DNA of 64,000 bases from Minisyncoccota bacterium (GTDB lineage: Bacteria > Patescibacteriota > Minisyncoccia > JBAYJV01), in contig JBAYJV010000002.1 in NCBI GenBank assembly GCA_041664925.1, positions 72,302-136,301 on the forward strand, read 5' to 3'. The notes below the pieces were generated by a model. That model was not told where the DNA came from and did no database searches. It worked only from the letters and a program-made list of their open reading frames with translations. This document shows positions 17,141-25,901 of this stretch, in pieces. Position 1 is the first letter of the stretch; each line of letters begins with the position of its first letter. The position numbers were made by a program, and so were the translations under genes.

Positions 17141-17689
17141 TTGTATAACATCATGATCAGAAATATTATTTTCATTATTATCGGTTTTCTCTTGGGCGTA
17201 TTTTTGACATCCAGTCTTTCTTGGCGCGATATTGATTTTGATAATTTACGCCAGCATCCTTGGCAAGAAGTTGTAAGATTAAGAGGAATTGTTACGGAAC
17301 GACCTCAAATCAGTTCTAATTCGGCAGTTGTAACTAAGATTTTGGACGGTGATTCTGTTTTAATTGAAGGCGGAGACGAAGTGATTCTCCTCGGAATTAT
17401 TGCCGATGAGGTAGGGGAGCCGTGTTATCAGGTAGCGAAAGATAAATTATCAGAATTAACGCTGGGCAAAAAAGCGACTTTAGTAAAAGATGTTAGTGAC
17501 AAAGACGAAGCTGGGCATTTATTGCGATATTTAAAAATTGACGACACGAATATCAATGTTGAATTAGCAAAACTTGGCTTAGTATCGCTTAAAATCAACA
17601 ATAATGTGACAATGTACAAGAATGACCTTATCTTCGCAGAACAAATAGCAAAGAATGGAAAAACAGGGTGCAAGTGGACAGTCAAATAG
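17141..17689 (+). CDS. thermonuclease (SNase-like) family protein, membrane anchored
   Basis: VTKILDGDSVLIEGGDEVILLGIIADE...KATLVKDVSDKDEAGHLLRYL...VELAKLGLV pattern of staphylococcal-nuclease homologs. Confidence 0.55.
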   Translation: MYNIMIRNIIFIIIGFLLGVFLTSSLSWRDIDFDNLRQHPWQEVVRLRGIVTERPQISSNSAVVTKILDGDSVLIEGGDEVILLGIIADEVGEPCYQVAKDKLSELTLGKKATLVKDVSDKDEAGHLLRYLKIDDTNINVELAKLGLVSLKINNNVTMYKNDLIFAEQIAKNGKTGCKWTVK

Positions 17690-17699
17690 CTCAAAGTTC

Positions 17700-17865
17700 A
17701 ACCCCGCAAAATTCTTAGTGAACAATAGTGAACTTAGAATTTAGGGAGTCCCGTGAACTTTCATGTTATTTCCAAGAAATATTAAGAATTCACGGGGTCC
17801 TCGCAAAACTATTTCTTCGTATATACTCAAAAAGTTTTGCGGGAAGTTTAAAATTTAAAACCAAA
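17700..17865. repeat. nested inverted-repeat structure (about 160 nt) 3' of nuclease gene
   Basis: outer CCCCGCAAAA ... TTTTGCGGG, inner GAGTCCCGTGAA ... TTCACGGGGTCCTC, plus CGCAAAACT...AGTTTTGCG; no ORF. Confidence 0.4.
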
Positions 17866-17967
17866 TCTTAAATCTTAAAGTTTTTCAGCCCACACTTTTA
17901 AGTTATCCTGTCTGCCGACAGGCAGAGGTTTTGAGCTTTACGTTTTGAGCTTTAAGTTGGTAATGTA

Positions 17968-18173
17968 TTGACATTTATTCTTTTAAGAATATAATTGATT
18001 TATCAATTGAATACTTCCCAAGACCGTTAGGGTTCCGGCATGCCGGAATTAAACATCCTACGCAGGAAAACACATAGATTTATTTCAATCTGTTTTGCGG
18101 TCTTTGGATCGCAATTTTTAATTGTATAAAACATCAAAGGTCGAAAGTTCGGATTTGTGTAAAATCCAATCAT
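17968..18173 (+). promoter_or_regulatory. rplJ promoter (TTGACA-16-TATAAT) and roughly 170-nt structured 5' UTR (L10-leader-like)
   Basis: consensus promoter 17968-17995; long untranslated leader with palindrome TTCCGGCATGCCGGAA before rplJ, position typical of L10(L12)4 autoregulatory leader. Confidence 0.45.
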
Positions 18174-18692
18174 ATGAAACTAAAAAAGAACGATAAAATA
18201 AAGCTAGTTAAAGAATTAGCTGAAAAAGCGAAACAGGAACAGACTTTTATAATTACAAATTATCACGGTCTTACATCTCAAGATTGCAATGATTTCAGAT
18301 TAAAGCTTTTTGAAAAAGGGATGATGTGCAAGGCAGCCAAGAAAAAGCTTATTGACATCATCTTAAAAAATGCAAAGCTTGAAGATATTGACATAAGGTC
18401 AATCGAAGGACAATTAGCGCTTTCATGGGGCGAGGATGGCGCCGAATTGGCAAAAACCATTAGTCAGTTTGGAAAACAAAAAAGCAAAGACATGATTATT
18501 GCTGGCTTTCTTGACGGCAAATTTCTTTCGAAAGAAAGCGTCATTGCTCTTTCAAATCTTCCAAGTCTTGCAATATTGCGAGCTCAATTCGTTGGTGCTC
18601 TAAAATCAACAATGTTTGGATTAGTTAATGTCTTAAATGGCAATCAAAGAAAACTTGTCTTGACTCTCAATGCAATTGCTAAATCAAGATAG
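18174..18692 (+). CDS. rplJ: 50S ribosomal protein L10
   Basis: 172 aa; gene order L10-L7/L12; typical L10 length and basic N-terminus. Confidence 0.8.
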   Translation: MKLKKNDKIKLVKELAEKAKQEQTFIITNYHGLTSQDCNDFRLKLFEKGMMCKAAKKKLIDIILKNAKLEDIDIRSIEGQLALSWGEDGAELAKTISQFGKQKSKDMIIAGFLDGKFLSKESVIALSNLPSLAILRAQFVGALKSTMFGLVNVLNGNQRKLVLTLNAIAKSR

Positions 18693-18727
18693 TTTAATCT
18701 ACTAAATTGAATTTAATTTATAAAAAC

Positions 18728-19177
18728 ATGACAGATAAAAAAGATATCAAACCAGACGAAACAACAACAAAGTCAGATGACAAAAAAGAAGTTGTTGTTC
18801 CAGAAAAATTCAAGAAATTAGTTGAAGAAATTGAGAAAATGTCAGTTCTCGAATTATCAGAACTCGTTAAGGTCCTAGAAGAAAAATTTGGCGTTTCAGG
18901 CGCGATGGCTTTTGCTGCTGCTCCAGCTGCTGTTGCTGGTGGTGATGCAGGCGCTGCCGCTGAAAAATCAACCGTTGATGTTATGTTAACCAATGCTGGT
19001 CAATCAAAGATCCAAGTTATTAAGGTTGTAAAAGATCTTACCGGAAAAGGCCTTAAAGAAGCTAAGGATTTAGTTGATGCTGCTCCAAAAGCAGTTGCTA
19101 CTGGTATTGGCATGGCTGAAGCTGAAGAAATGAAAAAGAAACTAGAAGAAGCCGGCGCAACAATAGAACTTAAATAA
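18728..19177 (+). CDS. rplL: 50S ribosomal protein L7/L12 (with N-terminal extension)
   Basis: [20 protein letters not shown] ... Ala/Gly hinge ... [31 protein letters not shown]...EAGATIELK; exact start uncertain (18707 or 18728). Confidence 0.8.
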   Translation: MTDKKDIKPDETTTKSDDKKEVVVPEKFKKLVEEIEKMSVLELSELVKVLEEKFGVSGAMAFAAAPAAVAGGDAGAAAEKSTVDVMLTNAGQSKIQVIKVVKDLTGKGLKEAKDLVDAAPKAVATGIGMAEAEEMKKKLEEAGATIELK

Positions 19178-19204
19178 TAGAATATGGAATTTAGAAGATA
19201 GAAG

Positions 19205-19250
19205 TTAGAATATAGAAATGGAATAAAAAATTACGGGAGTTCAACTTCCG
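19205..19250. terminator. bidirectional intrinsic terminator between rplL and convergent gene
   Basis: ATTACGGGAGttcaaCTTCCGTAAT flanked by A-run and TTTTGTTTT. Confidence 0.5.
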
Positions 19251-19271
19251 TAATTTTGTTTTATATAAAAA

Positions 19272-21155
19272 TTAGAGATCTATCTTATATACCTTCAATC
19301 CGTCGAGAAGATAAATCGTTTTTTCGTCGGGCGTAATGGAAATGTTTTTTAGCTCTTTCCAATCAGTATTTTCTATAACTCTTGTTTGGATGCGCGACTC
19401 TTTGTTAAAAACAATGATCTTGTTTTGACTCTTGGACATCAAATAAAGATTTTTAAAATCTGCTCTCGTGACAATCTTGTCTCCGCTTTCAGCCATCCCC
19501 TGAACTGTTATTAAATAATCTACATCCATTTCTCCTAAAGTATATTTATGAATAATACCTGCTTTTTCTAAGACATAAACCGATCCGTCAATCGCCAAAG
19601 AAAGAAAATTAACACCAAAGTCGCTGCCCTTATTCATCCATGTTGATGTTTTTGAAAAATCAAGATTAATGTATTTAAGCACTTTTCCTGAGCCTGTAAG
19701 CATGTAAACATTATTACCAAAACCAGCCGTGTCTAAAATAATTTCATCGCCAAGACCACTCGCCTTTTTTACTTCAAGAGATAGAAGATCCTTATCGGCA
19801 ACCAAAGCCTCTCCCTGAGAAGACAAATATACTAAATTGTTATCAGTTTCGGTCTGAAATGCCAGACGATAACCTGGGGTCAGTTCTGGAAAGATAAAAT
19901 CGCCCTTTTGCGTATTTAAATTAAAGACGTAAAGAGAACTTTCGTCAAAAGTCACTATGTTGCTATTTTTTGAAAAAACACCCAATGCATTTGATGAAAG
20001 AGTCTGTTTTGAAATATCAACGAGAAGTTGAATGCCATTAACGCTTTCTTGGGTAGTTTTTTTATTTACAGGTTTATGAGGCAAAGCATAAGTAATCACA
20101 ACAAAAGAGATAATAATCAAAAGAACAATAAAAAGCGCACTATAAATATATTTTTTATCAATTTTTGCCAAAGATATCTTCGTTTTTGGTACTTTTATGT
20201 GTAGTTTTGTAAGAAGTTTTTCTAAATGAAAGCCCTTTAAGCATTTTAAGATGAATGATTTTAATTTTGGCGCATGTTTTTTAGCGAATACTAATCCATT
20301 TTTTGACATTAAAACCAAAAATGCAGCAACAACCAATAAATACTTTTTAGTAATGATCTTTTTTACCGGAGGTTTTTCCTGCGCAACTTGAACTTTTTCA
20401 ATTTCTTCTTTGTCAATTATTACTACTGGCAGTGGTGTTGTCTTTATTTTTTCTGGCTCAGGAGCTTTTGTTAAATCTACAATCAACAGAGCAAGATTAT
20501 CATCCTGATTTAGACTCAGAATTTCTTTAATATGCCCCATTCCAATATAGCGTGATTGATCAATAGCGCTTTTAAGATCTTTAAGGGGAATTTTTTTTTC
20601 TAATTCAGGGGCGCTGAAAATAATCTTATCATCTTGGACAATTTTTCCACTGGCAATTGTTCTGAAGATTTTTATAGTTTCCTGAGAGGTACTTCCACCT
20701 ATTTGTCTGGCGATATCGATTATTTGTCCCTTTCTCCAAAGAAGTCCTTGGATATTGCCATTAAAAACAAAACACAAATCGCCAGTATTTGGGTGCAGGA
20801 GAACAACTGCAATATTAAATTCCTGAATCCACCCTAACTTTCCTGAAGTAATATCATTTTCCAAAATCTGATTCATCTCAGCTAACGTTTTCTCGAGAGC
20901 TTCCTTTGGCGAAAATCCAGTTTTTTTGAAAAAAGCGCGAGATATTTGAGAAGCAACAAAACTCAAAAGGGAAGTGCTTTGTTTGCGCGAGTTTTCTTCG
21001 CCAGTAATCTGTCCTACAACATAAAGATAACCCAATTTCTCTTCCTCAATGTTTTCCGGTTCATAAACAAAAGTCTCGCAAAAACTTTCTGTGTTTTTGG
21101 CGGCATTTAAAACTATTTCACTAGCTTTTGGATAAAATTCTGACATATTTCCCAT
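19272..21155 (-). CDS. membrane protein with N-terminal cytoplasmic PP2C-like phosphatase domain, two TM segments and C-terminal beta-propeller-like repeat domain
   Basis: N-term LGYLYVVGQITGEENSRKQSTSLLSFVAS...NIAVVLLHPNTGDLCFVFNGNIQGLL resembles PPM/SpoIIE fold; TM LLVVAAFLVLM and ALFIVLLIIISFVVI; C-terminal repeated beta-strand segments. Confidence 0.45.
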   Translation of the reverse strand: MGNMSEFYPKASEIVLNAAKNTESFCETFVYEPENIEEEKLGYLYVVGQITGEENSRKQSTSLLSFVASQISRAFFKKTGFSPKEALEKTLAEMNQILENDITSGKLGWIQEFNIAVVLLHPNTGDLCFVFNGNIQGLLWRKGQIIDIARQIGGSTSQETIKIFRTIASGKIVQDDKIIFSAPELEKKIPLKDLKSAIDQSRYIGMGHIKEILSLNQDDNLALLIVDLTKAPEPEKIKTTPLPVVIIDKEEIEKVQVAQEKPPVKKIITKKYLLVVAAFLVLMSKNGLVFAKKHAPKLKSFILKCLKGFHLEKLLTKLHIKVPKTKISLAKIDKKYIYSALFIVLLIIISFVVITYALPHKPVNKKTTQESVNGIQLLVDISKQTLSSNALGVFSKNSNIVTFDESSLYVFNLNTQKGDFIFPELTPGYRLAFQTETDNNLVYLSSQGEALVADKDLLSLEVKKASGLGDEIILDTAGFGNNVYMLTGSGKVLKYINLDFSKTSTWMNKGSDFGVNFLSLAIDGSVYVLEKAGIIHKYTLGEMDVDYLITVQGMAESGDKIVTRADFKNLYLMSKSQNKIIVFNKESRIQTRVIENTDWKELKNISITPDEKTIYLLDGLKVYKIDL

Positions 21156-21310
21156 TATACTAATAAAAGATAAAAAATAAAAGACAATTGGCGGAATGTC
21201 ATTCTGAGTTATTTATAGTGAACCTATCGAACCAAACGAAGAATCTTGAGATTTTTTTGACAAACGAAACGGAATAGTAATGCTTAATTGATGATTTACG
21301 ACGAATTCTC

Positions 21311-21339
21311 TTGACATTTGCGTGATTATGACTTAGGAT
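21311..21339 (+). promoter_or_regulatory. class-I promoter TTGACA-17-TAGGAT followed by AGTTCCTAAAAAC
   Basis: consensus. Confidence 0.5.
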
Positions 21340-21379
21340 ACTATCAGTTCCTAAAAACTTAGCACAAAGGAGAAGAGTT

Positions 21380-21751
21380 ATGGAAGAGGCAAGAATTACG
21401 GGGTTAGTGGTTGAGGATTTCGATCCGGAAAAAGTACAACTAGGAGACTTATTTTTGGTAGCTGGAGGAGGTCTGAACAGTGGCGATAGTTTATATTTAA
21501 CAAGAATGATTGAAAGAACCGGAGATATTCTTAGACTTGAAGTATTGAGCCCAGGAGTGGAAAGATCCGATTCCTCAAGGTTGACTGGAATAATCACTTT
21601 AGCGATTGATCTAACGCAAAAAAGATTCACAAGAGAATTTATTCACATTACTATGGATAGCGACGGAAAAATCGTTTTACGACCCGGTGGACCTGTTCAT
21701 AGTCACATAGAAGGACTTAAGCTTCTTCTGAGTTATTTAGCTAGTCCCTAA
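21380..21751 (+). CDS. hypothetical protein (123 aa)
   Basis: RBS AAAGGAGAAG; terminator ACTCCGCAggtaaTGCGGAGT+T7. Confidence 0.5.
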   Translation: MEEARITGLVVEDFDPEKVQLGDLFLVAGGGLNSGDSLYLTRMIERTGDILRLEVLSPGVERSDSSRLTGIITLAIDLTQKRFTREFIHITMDSDGKIVLRPGGPVHSHIEGLKLLLSYLASP

Positions 21752-21861
21752 TAAGAATTGACTCCGCAGGTAATGCGGAGTTTTTTTATTCTTTTGACAA
21801 AGAAAATTTATGGGTGTAGAATGGTTTTAGGTGAAAAATTGACTTGTAAAATTTTAAAAAT

Positions 21862-22491
21862 ATGAGCGATGTAATTTTGGAGGGGTTATTCGATTCGACA
21901 ATAAAGGTAAGACTTTTGCGTCTCTTTTTTAGAAATGCTCAATCAGAATACACGCTAGACGAGGTTATTGAAAAAATCCACTCTGATCCAAGCTCAACTC
22001 GCTATCAACTAAGGAAATTAAGAGAAATCGGTCTTTTAAAATCAAAGATTATGCGCTTTGAGCCGGGTGAAGAAGAAAAAGAACATACTAAGAAAATTGG
22101 TCGTGAAAGACGCGTTTATCAAGTCAATGTCGCTTTTCAATTCTACGAAGAACTTAAATCGCTCATTCTAAAATCAACTCCAGAAGTTAGAACTTTATTA
22201 GTGGAAGAACTTCAAAAAATTGGAAAAATCAAACTTGCATTAATAACAGGAGTTTTCTTGAATGTTGATAGTACAAAGATAGATTTATTAATAATTTCTG
22301 ATGATATTCAGCGCTTAAAATTAGTTAAAGTCATAAAATTAATCGAATCGGAAATGGGACATGAGATCAGATATGCCGTGATGAATCAAAGAGAATATGA
22401 ATATCGCTTGGATATGTTTGATAATTTCGTAAGAGGGTTAACTCTGATTCCTCACGAAAAACTGATTGATAAAATGAAAGCCGGAAGCTAA
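21862..22491 (+). CDS. winged-helix DNA-binding domain protein with C-terminal alpha/beta domain (putative transcription regulator)
   Basis: TLDEVIEKIHSDPSSTRYQLRKLREIGLLKSK resembles ArsR/MarR-type wHTH; promoter TTGACA-17-TAGAAT at 21794-21822. Confidence 0.4.
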   Translation: MSDVILEGLFDSTIKVRLLRLFFRNAQSEYTLDEVIEKIHSDPSSTRYQLRKLREIGLLKSKIMRFEPGEEEKEHTKKIGRERRVYQVNVAFQFYEELKSLILKSTPEVRTLLVEELQKIGKIKLALITGVFLNVDSTKIDLLIISDDIQRLKLVKVIKLIESEMGHEIRYAVMNQREYEYRLDMFDNFVRGLTLIPHEKLIDKMKAGS

Positions 22492-22512
22492 TTGTTTCAT
22501 TATAAAACATAA

Positions 22513-22556
22513 GTCATCCTGAGTGAAGCGAAGGATCTCATTTGGTCTTTTTTCTG
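22513..22556. repeat. left half of MITE-like element (GTCATCCTGAGTGAAGCGAAGGATCTC...)
   Basis: matches left ends of 27766, 35281 and 62567 copies; truncated by the promoter motif and tRNA. Confidence 0.4.
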
Positions 22557-22567
22557 TTTCATTTTGC

Positions 22568-22600
22568 ACTTTTCACTTTTAATTTTAAACTTTTTTGCAT
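22568..22600 (+). promoter_or_regulatory. class-II motif (CACTTTTCACTTTTAATTTTAAACTTTTTTGCAT) abutting tRNA-Gln
   Basis: see 3369-3402. Confidence 0.4.
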
Positions 22601-22674
22601 TGCGGGGTCGTCTAACGGTAGGACCGCAGACTCTGAATCTGTGTATCCAGGTTCGAATCCTGGCCCCGCAGCAC
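22601..22674 (+). tRNA. tRNA-Gln (anticodon CUG), U1-A72, G73
   Basis: TGCGGGG TC GTCT AACGGTA GGAC C GCAGA CTCTGAA TCTGT GTAT CCAGG TTCGAAT CCTGG CCCCGCA G; anticodon loop CUCUGAA; U1:A72 and G73 typical of tRNA-Gln. Confidence 0.8.
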
Positions 22675-22712
22675 TTCGGCAAGCTCAGTGCAACTTACCT
22701 TTAATTACCCAC

Positions 22713-23195
22713 ATGACAACAATCCTTCTATTTACTATCGCTTTAGTTCTAATGCTTATTGGTTTGATCGGAGTGATTTTGCCTTTTTTGCCCGGAGTAT
22801 CATTGGCGTGGTTGGGACTTTTTATTTACGCGGCTTTTACTCATTTTAAAGATATTTCACTATTAGCAATCTTAGTTTTTCTTGGACTAGCAATTATATC
22901 TACTATTCTAGATCTTATTATTCCTTCTTTGGGTGCCAAGAAATACAAAGCAAGCAAATGGGGAATAATCGGCGCATTCCTGGGTTCTTTATTGGGAGTG
23001 GCCTTCTTTAATTTGCCAGGAGCGATTATTGGCCCATTTCTTGGCGCGCTTATAGGAGAATTACTTGCCCAAAGAACACTTAAACAGGCAACTCAATCAG
23101 CTTTTGGCGCATTTTTGGGATTTATAACAGGAGTCTTAATTAAAACAATTTTGATTTTTATAATGATTGGTTTTTTAATCGCTTCTTTGTTTTAA
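22713..23195 (+). CDS. DUF456-family membrane protein
   Basis: start moved to ATG 22713 (MTTILLFTIALVLMLIGLIGVILPFLPGVSLAWLGLFIYA) because the longer ORF-track start overlaps tRNA-Gln. Confidence 0.6.
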   Translation: MTTILLFTIALVLMLIGLIGVILPFLPGVSLAWLGLFIYAAFTHFKDISLLAILVFLGLAIISTILDLIIPSLGAKKYKASKWGIIGAFLGSLLGVAFFNLPGAIIGPFLGALIGELLAQRTLKQATQSAFGAFLGFITGVLIKTILIFIMIGFLIASLF

Positions 23196-23266
23196 TATTG
23201 GCAGAATAGTGTAAAATACACAAAATAATGCTAAAATGTTTATAGATTAAATTAATTTAAATTATT

Positions 23267-23332
23267 ATGGCAAAAGGAAATAACGCCAGAAGAAAAGAAA
23301 CAAAAAAACCAAAAAAAGATAAGAAGAAATAG
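23267..23332 (+). CDS. possible 21-aa lysine/arginine-rich peptide (MAKGNNARRKETKKPKKDKKK), speculative ribosomal bTHX-like
   Basis: not in ORF track (too short); extended -10 TGCTAAAAT about 30 nt upstream; composition and N-terminus resemble small basic ribosomal peptides. Confidence 0.2.
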   Translation: MAKGNNARRKETKKPKKDKKK

Positions 23333-23395
23333 TTTGGTTCTTTTATGATTAATTAACAATAATGGATACAAGAAGAGTATCTAATTTTTGTTATT

Positions 23396-23983
23396 ATGCG
23401 GATGAATATGAAAATAACGTCAGCTCAATTTATAAAAAGTGTTCGTGGTAGCAACGATATATTTGAAAATGGTATTCCTCAGGTTGCTTTTATTGGTCGG
23501 TCAAATGTAGGAAAGTCTAGTGTTATTAACTCTTTGGTTGACCAAAAAAATCTAGCCAGAACAAGCTCTTTCCCGGGGCGTACCAAAGAAATTAACATAT
23601 TTTTAATCAATGATTCTTTGTATTTTATTGACCTACCGGGTTATGGTTATGCTAGGGTTCCAAATAAATTGAGAGATAGCCTTAGGGCTATGGTAAATTG
23701 GTATTTTTTCGTTTCTAACTACAAACAAAAGAAAGTGATTTTGATAATTGATGCCAGCATTGGCCCGACCAAAGACGACCTAGAGATGCTTTATGCTTTA
23801 GAGGAATATGAAAAAAATATCATCGTCTTGGCGAACAAAATAGATAAAATAAAACAGAAAGAATACAAAAAGCAATTTAAAATGATTAGCGACCTTATTG
23901 GAATTCATCAAATTATCCCTTATTCAGCGAAAAGGAAGATAGGAGTAAGCGAATTATTGAATGTAATATTGTGTACAGAATAG
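23396..23983 (+). CDS. engB: ribosome-biogenesis GTP-binding protein EngB/YsxC
   Basis: G1 GRSNVGKSS, G3 DLPGYG, G4 ANKIDK. Confidence 0.8.
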   Translation: MRMNMKITSAQFIKSVRGSNDIFENGIPQVAFIGRSNVGKSSVINSLVDQKNLARTSSFPGRTKEINIFLINDSLYFIDLPGYGYARVPNKLRDSLRAMVNWYFFVSNYKQKKVILIIDASIGPTKDDLEMLYALEEYEKNIIVLANKIDKIKQKEYKKQFKMISDLIGIHQIIPYSAKRKIGVSELLNVILCTE

Positions 23984-24088
23984 AGAGAAAGAAGATTGTG
24001 AAAAAAATTTGATTTATTTCAAAAAATATTATATCTTTTTGGTAGTTCTTGGAAGAAAAATAAATGTAGTCCTTCGACTAAATCCTTA

Positions 24089-24135
24089 TGTCATTCCTGT
24101 GCCTGCCTACCGTCAGGCAGGAAAACAGGAATCCA
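24089..24135. repeat. GC-rich long hairpin element TGTCATTCCTGTGCCTGCCTaccgtcAGGCAGGaaaACAGGAATCCA
   Basis: nested inverted repeat; homologous copy at 50166-50228. Confidence 0.45.
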
Positions 24136-24258
24136 TAAAGATTTTGTGTATATTTTTCGATGTTATCCTCCTTCACCCGGTCATACCGGGTTACGGACGG
24201 ACGTAAGAATCTTCATTTCTCGTAAACTCGAAAGAATCTTCTAACGGAGGTGAGAAAA

Positions 24259-24657
24259 ATGTTTTGGTGGTTGAATGGCAGTGGCTTAACCGAGATCTAT
24301 GTTAGCGGATTGTCGGCAATCATTGTTGCGATGGCATGGTATATAATCGCAAAATCACAATGGTTAGTCCAAGAAGAAACGATTAAAGGACAAGCGCTAA
24401 TAAGAAGATTGGTTTTTTGGGGAATGTTTTTTTGGACATTTGGCGGACCAGATATCGTTAAAATCTTCCACTTAAAACAAGTAAATTTACATTCACCCGA
24501 ACTATTCTATGTTTCTTTAATTGGGATGAGTTTACTTGCTTCTTATTTGGCGATAATTCATTGGCAAAAGACAAAAATCTTTGGAATGTATCTTGTTCTA
24601 TTTATGTTCTTTATGGGTTGGGCAACGCATCTAATCGTGGATAGTTTTTTCCATTAG
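24259..24657 (+). CDS. hypothetical membrane protein (4 TM)
   Basis: GGAGGTGAGAAAA ATG; terminator GCAGGTCTG...CAGACCTG+T8. Confidence 0.5.
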   Translation: MFWWLNGSGLTEIYVSGLSAIIVAMAWYIIAKSQWLVQEETIKGQALIRRLVFWGMFFWTFGGPDIVKIFHLKQVNLHSPELFYVSLIGMSLLASYLAIIHWQKTKIFGMYLVLFMFFMGWATHLIVDSFFH

Positions 24658-24741
24658 CGCAGGTCTGTCAAAAACGCAGACCTGTTTTTTTTGTACATTG
24701 CTTTTAATTTTAAAAGAGTTAATCTAATAATAGGGGTTAAT

Positions 24742-25239
24742 ATGAAAAAAGAAGAACAAGCGCAATTTATAAGTCCATCGAGAGGACCAATAACGCTCGA
24801 TGGTTCGGTCTACGATATTATTGATTTCATGAGAGCAAATCCTGATGATCAATATGTCGTAGGTGTCGGAACTGACTCAAAACTTTATTCCGACCATTGT
24901 TTGTTCGTGAATGCGATTTTTGTGCATCGCGTAGGTCATGGAGGTCGTTATTACTATAGAAAAGTCTACAAAACGACACACTATGTTCTAAGAACAAGAA
25001 TTCACGAAGAAGCTTGGATGTCTCTTGAGTTAGCGACGAAACTTTTAGAAATGATGCAAAGCGCTTTGTCTCAGACCAGTTTCAATTACAATCTCGAAAT
25101 CCATGTTGATATCGGAGAAAGGGGTAAAACTAGAAGCATTATTAAGGAAATTGTTGGCATGATCCAAGGATCAGGCTTCTTGGTTAGGATCAAGCCAGAC
25201 GCGGTTTGCGCAACCACGGTTGCCGACAAACACACATAA
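24742..25239 (+). CDS. YkuK/DUF458-like RNase H-fold protein
   Basis: start at MKKEEQ after AGGGGT; YVVGVGTDSKLYSDHCLFVNAIFVHRVGHGGRYYY resembles DUF458 core. Confidence 0.45.
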   Translation: MKKEEQAQFISPSRGPITLDGSVYDIIDFMRANPDDQYVVGVGTDSKLYSDHCLFVNAIFVHRVGHGGRYYYRKVYKTTHYVLRTRIHEEAWMSLELATKLLEMMQSALSQTSFNYNLEIHVDIGERGKTRSIIKEIVGMIQGSGFLVRIKPDAVCATTVADKHT

Positions 25240-25293
25240 GCTTTCGGTTTAACTATAAGCAAAGAGAAGAATAGAATTTCTTCTCTTTTTTTC

Positions 25294-25322
25294 TTGACAA
25301 ATAAATATATTTGATATAAGAT
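25294..25322 (+). promoter_or_regulatory. class-I promoter TTGACA-17-TAAGAT with downstream AGTTCTTCAAAAATCAAGGAGG
   Basis: consensus. Confidence 0.5.
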
Positions 25323-25364
25323 AAAAAAGAATCAATTAGTTCTTCAAAAATCAAGGAGGAAAAA

Positions 25365-25901
25365 ATGACAACAGGGGTCGCTCAAGGAGTTTCTGATAGA
25401 GAAATGACATTTGTTGAACTTTGTATTAAGCTTACTCATGATCCCAATATTCCGGAAATCGCCAAGAAGGCAGCTATCTACCTGATTCGTCATACCAATA
25501 ATTTTTCTCATCCGGTCTTTATGCGTGTTCCAAAAACCCACGACAAGCTTTGTCAAGATATTGTTTGGGGTGTGGGCAATATAAGTGATAAATCTTGCAA
25601 TACTCGGATTCACGAGATTTTTAAAAGAATTGGAGTTGAAGGTGTTTTAAGGGGTTATCTTAAATCCCATTCGTATGGCGATAATGTGATTGCTTATGAC
25701 AAAAATCCTGGAGAAGGCACAGAAATTCCTTTTAATGAAGAAGCAATCGAAAAAATTTCTTTGGATGGCACGATTGATCTAGACAAGCTACAAGAAAAAA
25801 TAGAAAGACTTGCGATGTTATTGCGCGATCGGCAAGGAACGATAGCTTGGAATGATTTTGTGCGTGACAGAATCAAAGAATTGCAACAACTTTTGTTCTA
25901 G
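25365..25901 (+). CDS. hypothetical protein (178 aa)
   Basis: RBS CAAGGAGGAAAAA; terminator GCTCCGGTAgttACCGGAGC+T6. Confidence 0.5.
   Translation: MTTGVAQGVSDREMTFVELCIKLTHDPNIPEIAKKAAIYLIRHTNNFSHPVFMRVPKTHDKLCQDIVWGVGNISDKSCNTRIHEIFKRIGVEGVLRGYLKSHSYGDNVIAYDKNPGEGTEIPFNEEAIEKISLDGTIDLDKLQEKIERLAMLLRDRQGTIAWNDFVRDRIKELQQLLF

Noticed and set aside
21199-21630. 143-aa minus-strand ORF
   Set aside because: It is antisense to the promoter, RBS and 5' part of the well-supported plus-strand gene 21380-21751, and its translation is low complexity.
22500-22682. 60-aa minus-strand ORF
   Set aside because: It is antisense to tRNA-Gln and to the MITE half-copy.
22542-23195. 217-aa ORF-track call starting upstream of tRNA-Gln
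   Set aside because: The N-terminal 57 codons run through the class-II promoter motif and the whole tRNA-Gln gene. The real protein (DUF456) starts at ATG 22713.
24009-24206. 65-aa ORF
   Set aside because: It is a read-through of the GC-rich palindromic element at 24089-24135, has no RBS, and has low complexity.
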